From contig DATDQA010000022.1 in NCBI GenBank assembly GCA_035292505.1, positions 45,296 through 109,295 of the forward strand: a stretch of 64,000 nt of DNA. The letters run 5' to 3'. The position numbers and the translations under genes are program-made. The DNA comes from Saprospiraceae bacterium (GTDB taxonomy: Bacteria > Bacteroidota > Bacteroidia > Chitinophagales > Saprospiraceae). The notes beneath the pieces were generated by a model. The model was not told the DNA's origin, ran no database searches, and was given only the letters and a program-made list of their open reading frames with translations. Below are positions 28,636 through 38,342 of the stretch, piece after piece. The number at the start of each line of letters is the position of its first letter. The stretch's first letter is position 1.

Positions 28636-29829
28636 TTAGCCGTGGTGCAATTCAGAAACCGCCAGCCAGGCCATCAGTCCCGAGCCGGTTTCAAGAGCAT
28701 CTTCATCGATATCAAAGGTGGGAGTATGCACAGGAGATGTGATTCCTTTGTTAGAATTACTCACTCCAAGCCTGTAAAAACAGCCAGGAATATGATGTGT
28801 ATAGTAAGCAAAGTCTTCTGAAGTCAGGCGTTGTGGGATGTCATGTACATGTGCATTTCCGAGATATTCACACGCCGATTCACGGCATCTCAGGGTCATA
28901 TCGGGGTCATTGATCAGCACAGGATAGCCTTTCTGAATATCCACTTTGCCTGTGCCTCCCATACCTGAAGTAATTCCGTGTACCATAGCTCTGATCTTTT
29001 CGTGAGCAGTGATACGCCAGTCCTCATTGAATGTCCTGAATGTACCAAAGATGAGCACTGAGTCTGGAATGATATTGTACGTACCAGCTTCTGAAGAAAT
29101 CTTTCCGAAGGTGAGCACTGACGGCACCGTGGGGTCCGCCATCCTGCTTATCACGGACTGAAGCGCTGAAATGACATGTGCGGAGATGGCCACCGGATCC
29201 ACTGCATGGTGAGGCATCGCCCCGTGACCTCCTTTGCCAATAATACGTATCGTAATTTCATCCGATGAGGCCATGGCTTGCCCACTTCCGAAGCCGACAG
29301 TTCCTACGGGCAACGCCGGATGCACATGTTGACCCAATATTCCTGTCGGCCCGGGATTCTTTAACACACCTTCTGAAATCATTAAGGCTGCTCCGCCTGG
29401 AAGCTTTTCTTCGGCAGGCTGAAAGATGAACTTGATTGTTCCGCTGATTTTAGAACTGAGTTCAGATAAGATCATCGCAGCGCCAAGCAATGATGAGGTA
29501 TGCACATCATGTCCACAGGCATGCATGATACCGGGATGCTGCGATTTGTAAGAGACTTCATTCAACTCCTGGATTGGAAGTGCATCCATATCCGCACGCA
29601 GGGCAATTACTGCATGATCCGGATTTTGACATTCCAATATTCCAACGATGCCATAACCAGCCCACCCGGTAGTAAAGGGAATTCCAATACGCTTTAATAC
29701 ATCCTGCACATAACGCGCTGTCTGTGCTTCTCCAAATGAAAGTTCAGGATGCATATGCAGATGCCTGCGTATTGCAATGATCTGCTGATGATGTTTTTTC
29801 GCCAGTCCATGAATGGTATCACGCAACAT
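28636..29829 (-). CDS. M20D-family amidohydrolase (N-acyl-amino-acid / hippurate hydrolase type)
   Basis: IRRHLHMHPELSFGE...ALRADMDALP...HACGHDVH...FQPAEE pattern. Confidence 0.88.
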   Translation of the reverse strand: MLRDTIHGLAKKHHQQIIAIRRHLHMHPELSFGEAQTARYVQDVLKRIGIPFTTGWAGYGIVGILECQNPDHAVIALRADMDALPIQELNEVSYKSQHPGIMHACGHDVHTSSLLGAAMILSELSSKISGTIKFIFQPAEEKLPGGAALMISEGVLKNPGPTGILGQHVHPALPVGTVGFGSGQAMASSDEITIRIIGKGGHGAMPHHAVDPVAISAHVISALQSVISRMADPTVPSVLTFGKISSEAGTYNIIPDSVLIFGTFRTFNEDWRITAHEKIRAMVHGITSGMGGTGKVDIQKGYPVLINDPDMTLRCRESACEYLGNAHVHDIPQRLTSEDFAYYTHHIPGCFYRLGVSNSNKGITSPVHTPTFDIDEDALETGSGLMAWLAVSELHHG

Positions 29830-29851
29830 TTCGGATATCGTTCAAATACTC

Positions 29852-31786
29852 TTAAATGAATTGAGAAATATTCCGCAGGAAGAGATCAACGTCTCGCCAT
29901 ACAGTATACTCCCGTGCGTAAATGTAGTTGATCATATGTATTTCGGAACTGTCGCGCAAAAAGGACCGACTGGCATCGATGGATATCACACCCTGACGCA
30001 ATGCTGGTAATTCCGAAAGACCCTTGTCTGCTGAATGATACCCTATCCATGTTTTTTTACCTTGAATCACTGTGAGAATATTCTGCAACTTCCTTGTCGA
30101 ATCTTTTCGGAGCATTGCTGTAAACGGCCATACACCAAGGAGGAAAACTGATACAACGCAATCGAAGATGCGCTTTGCACGGCGATGACTTGGATAAGCC
30201 AGGGCGAATTCGACGTCAGCTGTATACAGGGTTCCTTGCGCCTTCCTTGAATCACTTCCCACAATCTGACCACTCTCGCTGCTTGAGATACGATAGGCAA
30301 TGGTTGGACCGAGCTTTGACATCCATGTATTGATCTCGCTAAATGTGACATCCCGGGCAGAGAAAATCAACTCGCCGATAGCCTGCTGGCGAACAATATC
30401 CTGTAATTGCGAGATGTGCCCGATCAGTGCAGGAGCGGTATCACCATTATTGGTCGCAATCCATCCGGCAATAGTTCTTTGCGCCTCAATCCTGTTAAGG
30501 AGTTCCATGATGCGACTGACCTCTTGCCTGCTCCCGACAATCGCAATGCGTCTGGGAGTACGTAACTTCTCCCGAAGATACTTGCTGATACCCGTAACCA
30601 GTGTCATGACGAAAGTGATTAGTAGCGCGGATATAAATATGACTGCGCGTGATGACCGATACTGGAGAGGCAGGATCGCATATACAACCAATATCGCGAT
30701 TGTCCCGAGGCACATCCCATAGATAATACGCCTGGTATTGCGTTGGGCATCATGTGCACCGGATAAAAAAAGAAAAAGGAGCCACAAGACTCCATAAAGG
30801 GGCAGGTTGACGTTGTAAAACCCTTCATCAAAATGATCAGCATCGCGAAAATATAGCCGGGCCCAGAGTTTTTTTACGACAAGCATGACACCCGTTACAA
30901 TCGTCGCGTCCATGAGTAACGGAAGAATTCGGACCAAAACACGTCTGACCCCTCCCAGGAATCCGCGTACAACCACAGCCAACATAATCATCAGTTTAAA
31001 CAGACCACCGTCGGTACCATGTACATGTTTCGAGACATAGATCATCATGGCTCTGTAGAAGTGTATAATGTACCGGATACTGCCACGACGCGTACTTTCC
31101 CCTTTATAGTGAATAATAGAAGGTTCTGGTAAATAGTAGTTTCGATAACCTGCTTTGACCATCCGATAGCAGAGATCGATGTCTTCCCCATACATGAAAT
31201 AGTCTTCATCCAACATTCCGATATCTCTGATCACTGACATGCGCAGAAACATAAAAGCACCTGTGAGGACAGGTACGGCATGGATCTGAGCAGGATCGTT
31301 GGCTCCCAAATAATAACCATTAAAAAACATGGAATGTGAAAACAAAGCACTAATGCCAGTCATTTTGAAGAAAGCTGTCGACGGAGTAGGTAATCCTCGC
31401 ATGGATTCAGGCAAGAACCTGCCGGTGCCATCGACCATTCGTACGCCACATGCCGATGCCTCCGGATGCGCATCCATGAATTCAATACATCGTTGAAATG
31501 TATCCTCACTAACAACTGTGTCCGGATTGAGAAGCAGTGCATACTCACCTACACTTACTTTGAGACCTTGGTTACACGCTTTCGCAAACCCTTTGTTTTC
31601 CGGATTGATGATGAGACGCACATACGGGAAATGTGATTGGACCATCTCAGCGGATTTATCTGAAGATTGATTGTCTATCACAATGATTTCACCCTGGAGA
31701 CCTTCCAGTGCCCTGAAGACGGAGACAATGCATTTCTCGAGAAAATACCTGACGTTGTAGCTTACGATGATGACGGAGAGCTTCAT
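29852..31786 (-). CDS. family-2 glycosyltransferase fused to a TM bundle and a degenerate WbaP-like C-terminal module
   Basis: N-terminal GT2 (MKLSVIIVSYN...VIDNQSSD...LLLNPDT...GAFMFLR). About 5 TM helices. The C-terminal RRIAIVGSRQEV...RAKRIFDCVVSVFLLGVWPF...LQNILTVIQGKKTWIGY parallels the PGT at 5765-7183 but lacks its catalytic core. Confidence 0.8.
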   Translation of the reverse strand: MKLSVIIVSYNVRYFLEKCIVSVFRALEGLQGEIIVIDNQSSDKSAEMVQSHFPYVRLIINPENKGFAKACNQGLKVSVGEYALLLNPDTVVSEDTFQRCIEFMDAHPEASACGVRMVDGTGRFLPESMRGLPTPSTAFFKMTGISALFSHSMFFNGYYLGANDPAQIHAVPVLTGAFMFLRMSVIRDIGMLDEDYFMYGEDIDLCYRMVKAGYRNYYLPEPSIIHYKGESTRRGSIRYIIHFYRAMMIYVSKHVHGTDGGLFKLMIMLAVVVRGFLGGVRRVLVRILPLLMDATIVTGVMLVVKKLWARLYFRDADHFDEGFYNVNLPLYGVLWLLFLFLSGAHDAQRNTRRIIYGMCLGTIAILVVYAILPLQYRSSRAVIFISALLITFVMTLVTGISKYLREKLRTPRRIAIVGSRQEVSRIMELLNRIEAQRTIAGWIATNNGDTAPALIGHISQLQDIVRQQAIGELIFSARDVTFSEINTWMSKLGPTIAYRISSSESGQIVGSDSRKAQGTLYTADVEFALAYPSHRRAKRIFDCVVSVFLLGVWPFTAMLRKDSTRKLQNILTVIQGKKTWIGYHSADKGLSELPALRQGVISIDASRSFLRDSSEIHMINYIYAREYTVWRDVDLFLRNISQFI

Positions 31787-31801
31787 GCCAGCTGCCTCGT
31801 C

Positions 31802-32431
31802 TCAGACTGGATGAACGAGATGAGCATCCAGGATATATGGCCTGCGTGATAAAATCGATTTACCCAGAGTATGTTCATCCGCGTATTCGAGCTCTCCCCC
31901 GAATGACACACCCCTGGCAATCACCGATATTTTGATATCAAGATCAGCCAGACGCTGTGAAATGAAGTACATCGTTGTCTCACCTTCGATTGTAGGATTA
32001 ATTGCCATGATAATCTCCCGGATACTATACTCGCTGATTCTTGACATGAGCGAAGCAATATTCAATTTATCCGGGCCTATTCCATCGATCGGCGAAATCA
32101 CGCCTCCGAGGACATGGTACATCCCACGATAGTGGGCAGTGTCCTCTATGGCCATGACATCGCGCACACCCTCCACAAGGCATATCAGGCTGTGATCCCG
32201 TTTGGGGTCAGCGCAAATATGACATACAGGTCCATCTGAAAGATTGTGGCATTGTCGACATTCGAGAATGCCGTCGACAGCATCAGTGAGACTCACCGAT
32301 AAAGCTTTGGCAAGCTGAGGATCTTTTTGCACAAGATGTAAGGCAAGGCGTAAGGCAGTTTTCTTGCCAATGCCCGGAAGCCGTGCAAAATTGTCTACCG
32401 TGGAAGAAAGGAGGGCAGATGAAAATTTCAT
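31802..32431 (-). CDS. recR: recombination mediator protein RecR
   Basis: HhH LPGIGKKTALRLA, C4 zinc finger CRQCHNLSDGPVCHIC, and a Toprim domain (ICLVEGVRDVMAIE...). Confidence 0.93.
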   Translation of the reverse strand: MKFSSALLSSTVDNFARLPGIGKKTALRLALHLVQKDPQLAKALSVSLTDAVDGILECRQCHNLSDGPVCHICADPKRDHSLICLVEGVRDVMAIEDTAHYRGMYHVLGGVISPIDGIGPDKLNIASLMSRISEYSIREIIMAINPTIEGETTMYFISQRLADLDIKISVIARGVSFGGELEYADEHTLGKSILSRRPYILDAHLVHPV

Positions 32432-32556
32432 GCGCCAAAATTAGAAATATCGCTTGACTGGGATAAACACCCAATTTGAGTTTCAATCGCAGGTGGCAAG
32501 CCTGCCATATGGAATATATCTATTTTCGTCAGGCGAATCAAACAAAAAAGAACACG

Positions 32557-33789
32557 ATGGCGGAAGTAATTCGCATGCCCCGGCTAAGCGATACCATGGA
32601 AGAAGGAGTTATTGTAGCCTGGCACAAAAAAGTAGGCGATAAAGTAGCCCCTGGTGATGTGCTTGCAGAAGTGGAAACAGATAAGGCGACGATGGATCTC
32701 GAAAGTTTTCACGATGGCTATCTCCTGTATATCGGAGTTCAAAAAGGTGCTGTCCCCGTAGATGGTGTCCTGGCGGTAATAGGGAAGCAAGGTGAGGACT
32801 ATAAGGCCGCCCTGGAGTCACTGCCCGTCACTGGTAATGGAAAGAAGAGCCCGGCGGCAAGCAGTAGCGCGCAAATACCCGAGTCAGAAGTGACAGAAAA
32901 AACATCTGAATCAGCCGCGTCAGGGACTGCTGAGGAGAGAATCAAAGCTTCTCCACTTGCAAAGACGATAGCACGTGAAACCGGAGTGGATTTGTCTAAG
33001 ATCCAGGGAAGTGGAGACCAGGGCCGGATCGTGAAGCGTGACGTGGAAGGTGCTGCAAGTAAAAAGATCTCATCGAAACCTTCGGTCCAGCCTTTAACCG
33101 CCGGGGGCTATGAAGATGTCGCATTATCTCAAATGCGTAAGACTATCGCCAGACGACTTACAGAAAGCAAGTTTTCGGCCCCTCATTTCTATCTCACAAT
33201 GGAAATTGATATGTCGCAAGCTGTCGAAGACCGTAAACGCATCAATAATATACTGGATGAGGCTACACGTATTTCTTACAATGATCTCGTGATAAAAGCT
33301 TGTGCACTCACCCTACTACGCCATCCAAAAGTGAATGCATCCTGGATGGAAAATGCAATCCGGATGCACAAGGAAATACACATTGGCGTAGCCGTGGCAG
33401 TCGATGATGGATTGCTTGTTCCGGTAATCCGGCAAACGCCACTCAAGACATTGACAGAAATTCATACTGAAGTTGTAGATCTTGCGGAAAGAGCTCGTAT
33501 CAAGCGCCTGCAGCCAGAGGAAATGCAAGGCAATACATTTACAGTATCCAACCTTGGGATGTTTGGCATTGAAGAGTTTACCGCCATCATCAATCCACCT
33601 GATGCCTGCATTCTTGCGGTAGGTGCCATTGTAGAAAAACCAGTGGTAAGAAATAGCGCAATCACAATAGCTCACTTGATGAAAGTGACACTCTCTTGTG
33701 ATCATCGCGTTGTGGATGGTGCAACAGGAGCGCAGTTCTTAAAAACCCTGAAGCAGTTATTGGAAAATCCTGTAAGCATGCTCGCTTAA
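32557..33789 (+). CDS. 2-oxo-acid dehydrogenase E2 component (dihydrolipoyllysine-residue acyltransferase; PDH-type pattern)
   Basis: Lipoyl domain ...VETDKATMDLES..., E3-binding segment SPLAKTIARETGVDLSKIQGSG, catalytic domain ending SCDHRVVDGA. No E1 gene is adjacent, so substrate assignment is tentative. Confidence 0.85.
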   Translation: MAEVIRMPRLSDTMEEGVIVAWHKKVGDKVAPGDVLAEVETDKATMDLESFHDGYLLYIGVQKGAVPVDGVLAVIGKQGEDYKAALESLPVTGNGKKSPAASSSAQIPESEVTEKTSESAASGTAEERIKASPLAKTIARETGVDLSKIQGSGDQGRIVKRDVEGAASKKISSKPSVQPLTAGGYEDVALSQMRKTIARRLTESKFSAPHFYLTMEIDMSQAVEDRKRINNILDEATRISYNDLVIKACALTLLRHPKVNASWMENAIRMHKEIHIGVAVAVDDGLLVPVIRQTPLKTLTEIHTEVVDLAERARIKRLQPEEMQGNTFTVSNLGMFGIEEFTAIINPPDACILAVGAIVEKPVVRNSAITIAHLMKVTLSCDHRVVDGATGAQFLKTLKQLLENPVSMLA

Positions 33790-33813
33790 ATTGTTACAGA
33801 GCATGAACGAAAT

Positions 33814-33846
33814 AAAAAAAGGCGATCCGTTACGACCGCCTTTTTT
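33814..33846. terminator. Bidirectional terminator between the convergent E2 and OmpA-family genes
   Basis: AAAAAAAGGCG-(loop)-CGCCTTTTTT at 33814-33846. Confidence 0.5.
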
Positions 33847-33878
33847 ATTTATTATGATGACTTTAAATGACTCATTAA

Positions 33879-35666
33879 TCAAGGGCGATATCCGGAATTG
33901 CGATTCCCGCTATACTTCGAACCTGGACGTGATGATCCGGGAGATTTTTCACCTGCGTCTGGTCCGGTAGGTTTAGCCATTTCCTGATCATCAGAGCCCG
34001 CTACGCTGAATTCCACTCTTCTGTTCATATAGTGTTGCATTTCCTGATTTCTTGGGATCGAGTGATGATCAGGAAGATCCGGTACGAGTGTCTCAGATTC
34101 TCCACTATACATGAGTACGAACCTATCCCGTGGTATTCCATAACGTGATACCAGGAAATTGATGGCTTCATTTGCTCTGTTGTATGAAAGCACTCTGTTG
34201 TACTCATCCGGATTTCTATTGTCTGCATAGCCCTGGGCGACAACCCTGATATTGGGATGTGTTTTCATGACGGTTGCGACGTGATGTAACTGGCCATAGA
34301 ACTCGGGCTTCACAAAATATTTATCCAGGTCAAAATGCACCATTGGAAGGAACCAGTCGACTTTTGCAGCAGGCCTTGAGTTGATAAGATCAACCACCTC
34401 TTCTTCTGTCAGATATTCCGGCACCTGTGCAACACCATCACTGTTGATTGTATAACCAGGAGGCGAGAACCGCTCCTTGTCCTTATAATCTGGAATGCCA
34501 TCACCATCACTATCTAATGTCACACCACGCGTATCTACAGGGCTACCTGCCGGTGTGTTTTTTTCCGCATCGATCATATCAATCACACCATCGCCATCGC
34601 TATCAGTAAGGTCGAATTTAGGACGCTGCTTGAGCTCAGCAATATCACTATACGGAGCATCAAGTGGATTCAGCCAATAAAGTGGCTCCGTAGATTTTTC
34701 AAAACTCCCCAAATTAATTCCCAGGCGCAGGCTGGTATAGTGTCCGAGGTCGTTACTTGTGGATTCATCGACATCAGACTGTCTATCATACCCATCCCAC
34801 AGATCCGAGTCTACCCACATAATCTGATGTTCGATACCGAGATTTAGACGTTTCGACAATTTTCTGCTCAATCCGGTAGAGAATACAAAATGATAGAGCA
34901 CAGTCCTGTCATCCCCGAGTTTTGCAATTTTTTTCTCAATCCCACCTTCGGTTTCGTAATCGTCATCTAAGAGATCTTTGAGATTACTCCGAGCTTCTTT
35001 TCTATCGGACAGGTTATCCAGATTCAGACCTGATGTGACAGAGGCAAAATCATATGGACTATCACCATCAAACAGATTTAAAGTGACGTCCGGTGCATTC
35101 AAACCGATACCGAATCCCACATATCCGTTCCATTTGTTCCGGGCCTGGTGAAACAAGATATTGCCGATGTTCACGATAGCCTCAACAGATCCGGCAATTG
35201 TAGTGGCTTTGTAATTTCTGTGAATATCCTGTCCTTCATATACTCCAAACACAGCATCGCCTCCGTTTTGCTCAAATGCTCTTTCGGCTCTGAATGTCTT
35301 ATAACTAGTTCCGCGGGCATCTGCACCTTTCGAAGTTGTGTATTGTACACCGACGCGTATTGAGAGTACATAATTGACTGCTCTCCTCAGAGAAAGTCCG
35401 ACTCCAAAACCACTGGGGGCTACTGATTCTACATCACCAGAAATGAATGCATGGCCTGCATTGATGCCCAGTTCCCACATATGTTTGGGTCTTGCAGGGT
35501 ACTTACTTTGCCCCAATCGCCACTGTTGGTTTTGTTCGGCATCAACAGTCATTTCGTCGCTAATGATCGGCGCATTAAATGGGTCGTCCTCCTGGGCAAT
35601 GGCAACTCCTGAAAACGCTGTCAGTGCCGAAAAGAGAACAATGAATTTAAATGTCATATGGTACAT
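33879..35666 (-). CDS. OmpA-family outer-membrane protein with thrombospondin type-3 (Ca-binding) repeats
   Basis: Signal peptide, N-terminal beta-barrel region, TSP3 repeats DSDGDGVIDMIDAEKNTP...DSDGDGIPDYKD, and a C-terminal OmpA/peptidoglycan-binding domain (GYADNRNPDEYNRVLSYNRANEA...NRRVEF). Confidence 0.88.
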   Translation of the reverse strand: MYHMTFKFIVLFSALTAFSGVAIAQEDDPFNAPIISDEMTVDAEQNQQWRLGQSKYPARPKHMWELGINAGHAFISGDVESVAPSGFGVGLSLRRAVNYVLSIRVGVQYTTSKGADARGTSYKTFRAERAFEQNGGDAVFGVYEGQDIHRNYKATTIAGSVEAIVNIGNILFHQARNKWNGYVGFGIGLNAPDVTLNLFDGDSPYDFASVTSGLNLDNLSDRKEARSNLKDLLDDDYETEGGIEKKIAKLGDDRTVLYHFVFSTGLSRKLSKRLNLGIEHQIMWVDSDLWDGYDRQSDVDESTSNDLGHYTSLRLGINLGSFEKSTEPLYWLNPLDAPYSDIAELKQRPKFDLTDSDGDGVIDMIDAEKNTPAGSPVDTRGVTLDSDGDGIPDYKDKERFSPPGYTINSDGVAQVPEYLTEEEVVDLINSRPAAKVDWFLPMVHFDLDKYFVKPEFYGQLHHVATVMKTHPNIRVVAQGYADNRNPDEYNRVLSYNRANEAINFLVSRYGIPRDRFVLMYSGESETLVPDLPDHHSIPRNQEMQHYMNRRVEFSVAGSDDQEMAKPTGPDAGEKSPGSSRPGSKYSGNRNSGYRP

Positions 35667-35700
35667 TTTTTTAGTTTCTATTTAATTGATCAATAAGTGA

Positions 35701-35708
35701 CAAACTTA
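35701..35708 (-). promoter_or_regulatory. Candidate -7 box TAAGTTTG (TAnnTTTG) for the OmpA-family gene
   Basis: Minus strand reads TAAGTTTG about 35 nt upstream of the ATG at 35666, with a TTTG about 20 nt further upstream (-33-like). Confidence 0.4.
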
Positions 35709-35877
35709 CCTTAAATTTTAAAAATCCTCAAATCTCAAGCCGGAATATGTGATTCACTGAAAAAGAGATAAGCCACAATTGCTACAGTTCTAGAGGGGAG
35801 AATGCTATGCAAAACTGTTTCAAATATGACAAAAAAACCTGTATTGCCCTAAATCAGCATGGATTTTATTCATATGG

Positions 35878-36954
35878 ATGATAAAATTAATATGTATTTT
35901 GTGGCAAAAAGAAATGTTAGAGCATTGGATCCAGCCTCAGAAGAGCCCTGCATTTCATGAGGAATACCTCGGTGACGACCGCATAGGTCGTAATCTTTCA
36001 ATAATGTCAGATCATCACACCCCGTCAGGTAATCGTGAAGTGGCGCTTATCGGAGCCGATACGCGTTGGGCCAAGCTCGTGCGACATCATCTATATCAAT
36101 ATACACATCGGATGCCAGATATCCGAATATATGACCTTGGCGACTTGCGTAGACAAGATCCGGATTTCGTGATTGGTCCACTTATCGAACTCCTTTCCAG
36201 CCAGATCTGCCCTCTCCTTATCGGTACAAATCTGGGTGTCATGAATGCAGTTCGTCAAGGGCTCATGCAGATGAGAAATACATTTCGTCCTGTTGTGATT
36301 CACGAGAGTATCCCTGAATCGTTGATCACTCATGATAAACCACTTGTAATAGGTGTGCAACAGCACTTGATTCCCAAACATATCCCACGACATGTTCATG
36401 CAATGCATTTGAGTGATGCCAGAAATGCGATGAGTGAAGCTGAGACCATGATCCGAGACTCAAATGGCCTCGTATTCGACTTGACAGCGATGTCTGTTGT
36501 AGACATGCCGGCTCAGAAATCTTCTTCCTCCAGTGGCTTTTGTACTGAAGAAGCGTGTATGCTGATGCGATTTGCTGGTTTGCACGCAGATACAAGAGCA
36601 GTGATGATCACCGGGCATGATCCGATGTCCCTTCAACTCGATACCAGTGCGAATACCACTGCTCAATTGATATGGTATTTTCTGGAAGCATTTAATCAGT
36701 GTATTGTTGAGGATCCTTTGGGGAGTCCCCATTACACGTCATATTCTGTCCATCTCGAGCAATATGATACCGGATTCAAATTCTACAAAAGTGAGCGAAC
36801 AGGAAGATGGTGGGTACAATTGCTTTCCGGAATCCGTGAACCAGTATTTCCATGTACCTACAGAGACTATCAGAGTGCTACAAATGGCCTGGTCTCCGAC
36901 CGACTCATTTCCTGTACAAATGCCTCACTGGAAAGCAGTAAGCAGACTTTCTAG
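35878..36954 (+). CDS. hypothetical protein, arginase/formiminoglutamase-fold-like, with substituted metal-binding motifs
   Basis: The collinear pattern resembles the ureohydrolase fold: EVALIGAD..., LLIGTNLGV in place of GGDHS, VVIHESI in place of DAHxD, VFDLTAMSVVDMP in place of SxDxDxxDP, then ...GFCTEEACMLMRF...ITGHDP...DTSANTTAQLIWYFL. Start is uncertain (35878 or ATG 35914). The 3' end overlaps murF by 30 nt. Confidence 0.5.
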   Translation: MIKLICILWQKEMLEHWIQPQKSPAFHEEYLGDDRIGRNLSIMSDHHTPSGNREVALIGADTRWAKLVRHHLYQYTHRMPDIRIYDLGDLRRQDPDFVIGPLIELLSSQICPLLIGTNLGVMNAVRQGLMQMRNTFRPVVIHESIPESLITHDKPLVIGVQQHLIPKHIPRHVHAMHLSDARNAMSEAETMIRDSNGLVFDLTAMSVVDMPAQKSSSSSGFCTEEACMLMRFAGLHADTRAVMITGHDPMSLQLDTSANTTAQLIWYFLEAFNQCIVEDPLGSPHYTSYSVHLEQYDTGFKFYKSERTGRWWVQLLSGIREPVFPCTYRDYQSATNGLVSDRLISCTNASLESSKQTF

Positions 36955-38244
36955 ATGCATCGCTCGTGAACCCTTGATCAAAATCAGGGCCTCTTCCGGA
37001 AGGTCATGAGATAAGGCCCGTATCAGATCTTCTACTTGAGCATACCATTGCATATGAAAATAGTCAGCAGCTATTTTAAACTGTACTCCAATAAAAATCG
37101 TCGTGGTCTCTTTCGCCCCTGCTGCAAGTCTTGCAATCTCCAGGTGTTCAGAAGCTGAATATTCTCCCAACTCCATCATCGCACCTAAAATCATGAATTT
37201 GCAAGGATGTTTGATAGATGCGAAGCTTTTTATTGCGGATATCATGCTGGTGGGATTGGCATTATAGGCATCCAGAATGAACGTATTGGAATCCAATGTG
37301 ACATATTGCGCCCGGTTATTGTCCGGGATATAGGAGGAAATGGCATCACAGATTTTGGATCCTTCAATCTCAAAGTATAATCCGATTGCAATAGCTGTCG
37401 CAATATTTGCGAGATTGAATTCACCAAAGAGAGCACTCGTTGCAATCCATACATTGTCCTGTGCATCTCTGAACGATAAAGAGCAGCCTGACGACCATTG
37501 GTTTGAAGTAAATCGATAGTGATCTACGGAATATTGCGTTTGCAGATCGAATCCATAAAATATCTTTTTGGATACACGGTCCGATAATTCAGTCAAAAAC
37601 GCCTCATTCCTATTCACAAATGCAACACCTCCGCTTTTTCTAATGCTATCATATAGTTCAGACTTGGCACGCTTGACACCTTCTATGCCACCGAAGCCCT
37701 CGAGATGCGCTTTTCCAATATTCGTAACAATGCCGTGTGTCGGATGCGCCAGCCGACAAAGTAAATTGATTTCCCCGGGATGATTAGCACCCATCTCTAC
37801 AATTGCTACCTGATCAGTTGACTTAATTGACAAGATTGTAAGAGGTACACCGATGTGATTATTGAGATTCCCCTGCGTAGCGCGAACTAAAAAGGTAGAA
37901 GAGAGCACCCCGAAGATAAGTTCCTTCGTCGTTGTCTTTCCATTTGATCCCGTAATAGCCAGGACCGGAATCTTGAGTTGATTTCTATGATGTTGTGCGA
38001 GCTGTTGTAAAACCTCCAATGGCTCTTCGACAACGATTACTCCTTGCTTTTCCGCATAGGTTCCGGGTCGAACAATTGCGACACTTGCACCCAGATCTAC
38101 TGCTCTTGCACCATAGTCAGATCCATCAACATGTTCCCCTTTCAAGCCAAAAAATAAACAGCCAGGCGTGATTTTTCGCGAGTCTGTAGAGATCACGGGA
38201 CATTTGTGATACAATGAGTATAGGAGAAAGATCAGCTCATCCAT
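36925..38244 (-). CDS. murF: UDP-N-acetylmuramoyl-tripeptide--D-alanyl-D-alanine ligase
   Basis: DSRKITPGCLFFGLKGEHVDG..., P-loop ITGSNGKTTTKE, and Mur ligase middle and C-terminal domains (DAYNANPTSM). Confidence 0.92.
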   Translation of the reverse strand: MDELIFLLYSLYHKCPVISTDSRKITPGCLFFGLKGEHVDGSDYGARAVDLGASVAIVRPGTYAEKQGVIVVEEPLEVLQQLAQHHRNQLKIPVLAITGSNGKTTTKELIFGVLSSTFLVRATQGNLNNHIGVPLTILSIKSTDQVAIVEMGANHPGEINLLCRLAHPTHGIVTNIGKAHLEGFGGIEGVKRAKSELYDSIRKSGGVAFVNRNEAFLTELSDRVSKKIFYGFDLQTQYSVDHYRFTSNQWSSGCSLSFRDAQDNVWIATSALFGEFNLANIATAIAIGLYFEIEGSKICDAISSYIPDNNRAQYVTLDSNTFILDAYNANPTSMISAIKSFASIKHPCKFMILGAMMELGEYSASEHLEIARLAAGAKETTTIFIGVQFKIAADYFHMQWYAQVEDLIRALSHDLPEEALILIKGSRAMHLESLLTAFQ

Positions 38245-38269
38245 GAAAGATCAAAATGCGTTAAACACT

Positions 38270-38309
38270 AAAAAACAAATCCTCACACCGGATTCCCAAT
38301 GTGAGGATT
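38270..38309 (-). terminator. rho-independent terminator between gldJ and murF
   Basis: Minus strand: AATCCTCACA-12 nt-TGTGAGGATT (10-bp perfect stem, 38278-38309) followed by TGTTTTTTAG. Confidence 0.65.
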
Positions 38310-38342
38310 TTGAAAAAACAGGTGCTTTGACCAGTTTTAGAA

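Noticed and set aside
32494-32506. TGGCAAGCCTGCC in the recR/E2 divergent region. Considered as a sigma54 (-24/-12) promoter, given the sigma54-type regulator in the window.
   Set aside because: The spacing does not fit GG-N10-GC, and the second element is not TTGC(A/T). It is better described as a short GGCA/TGCC palindrome.
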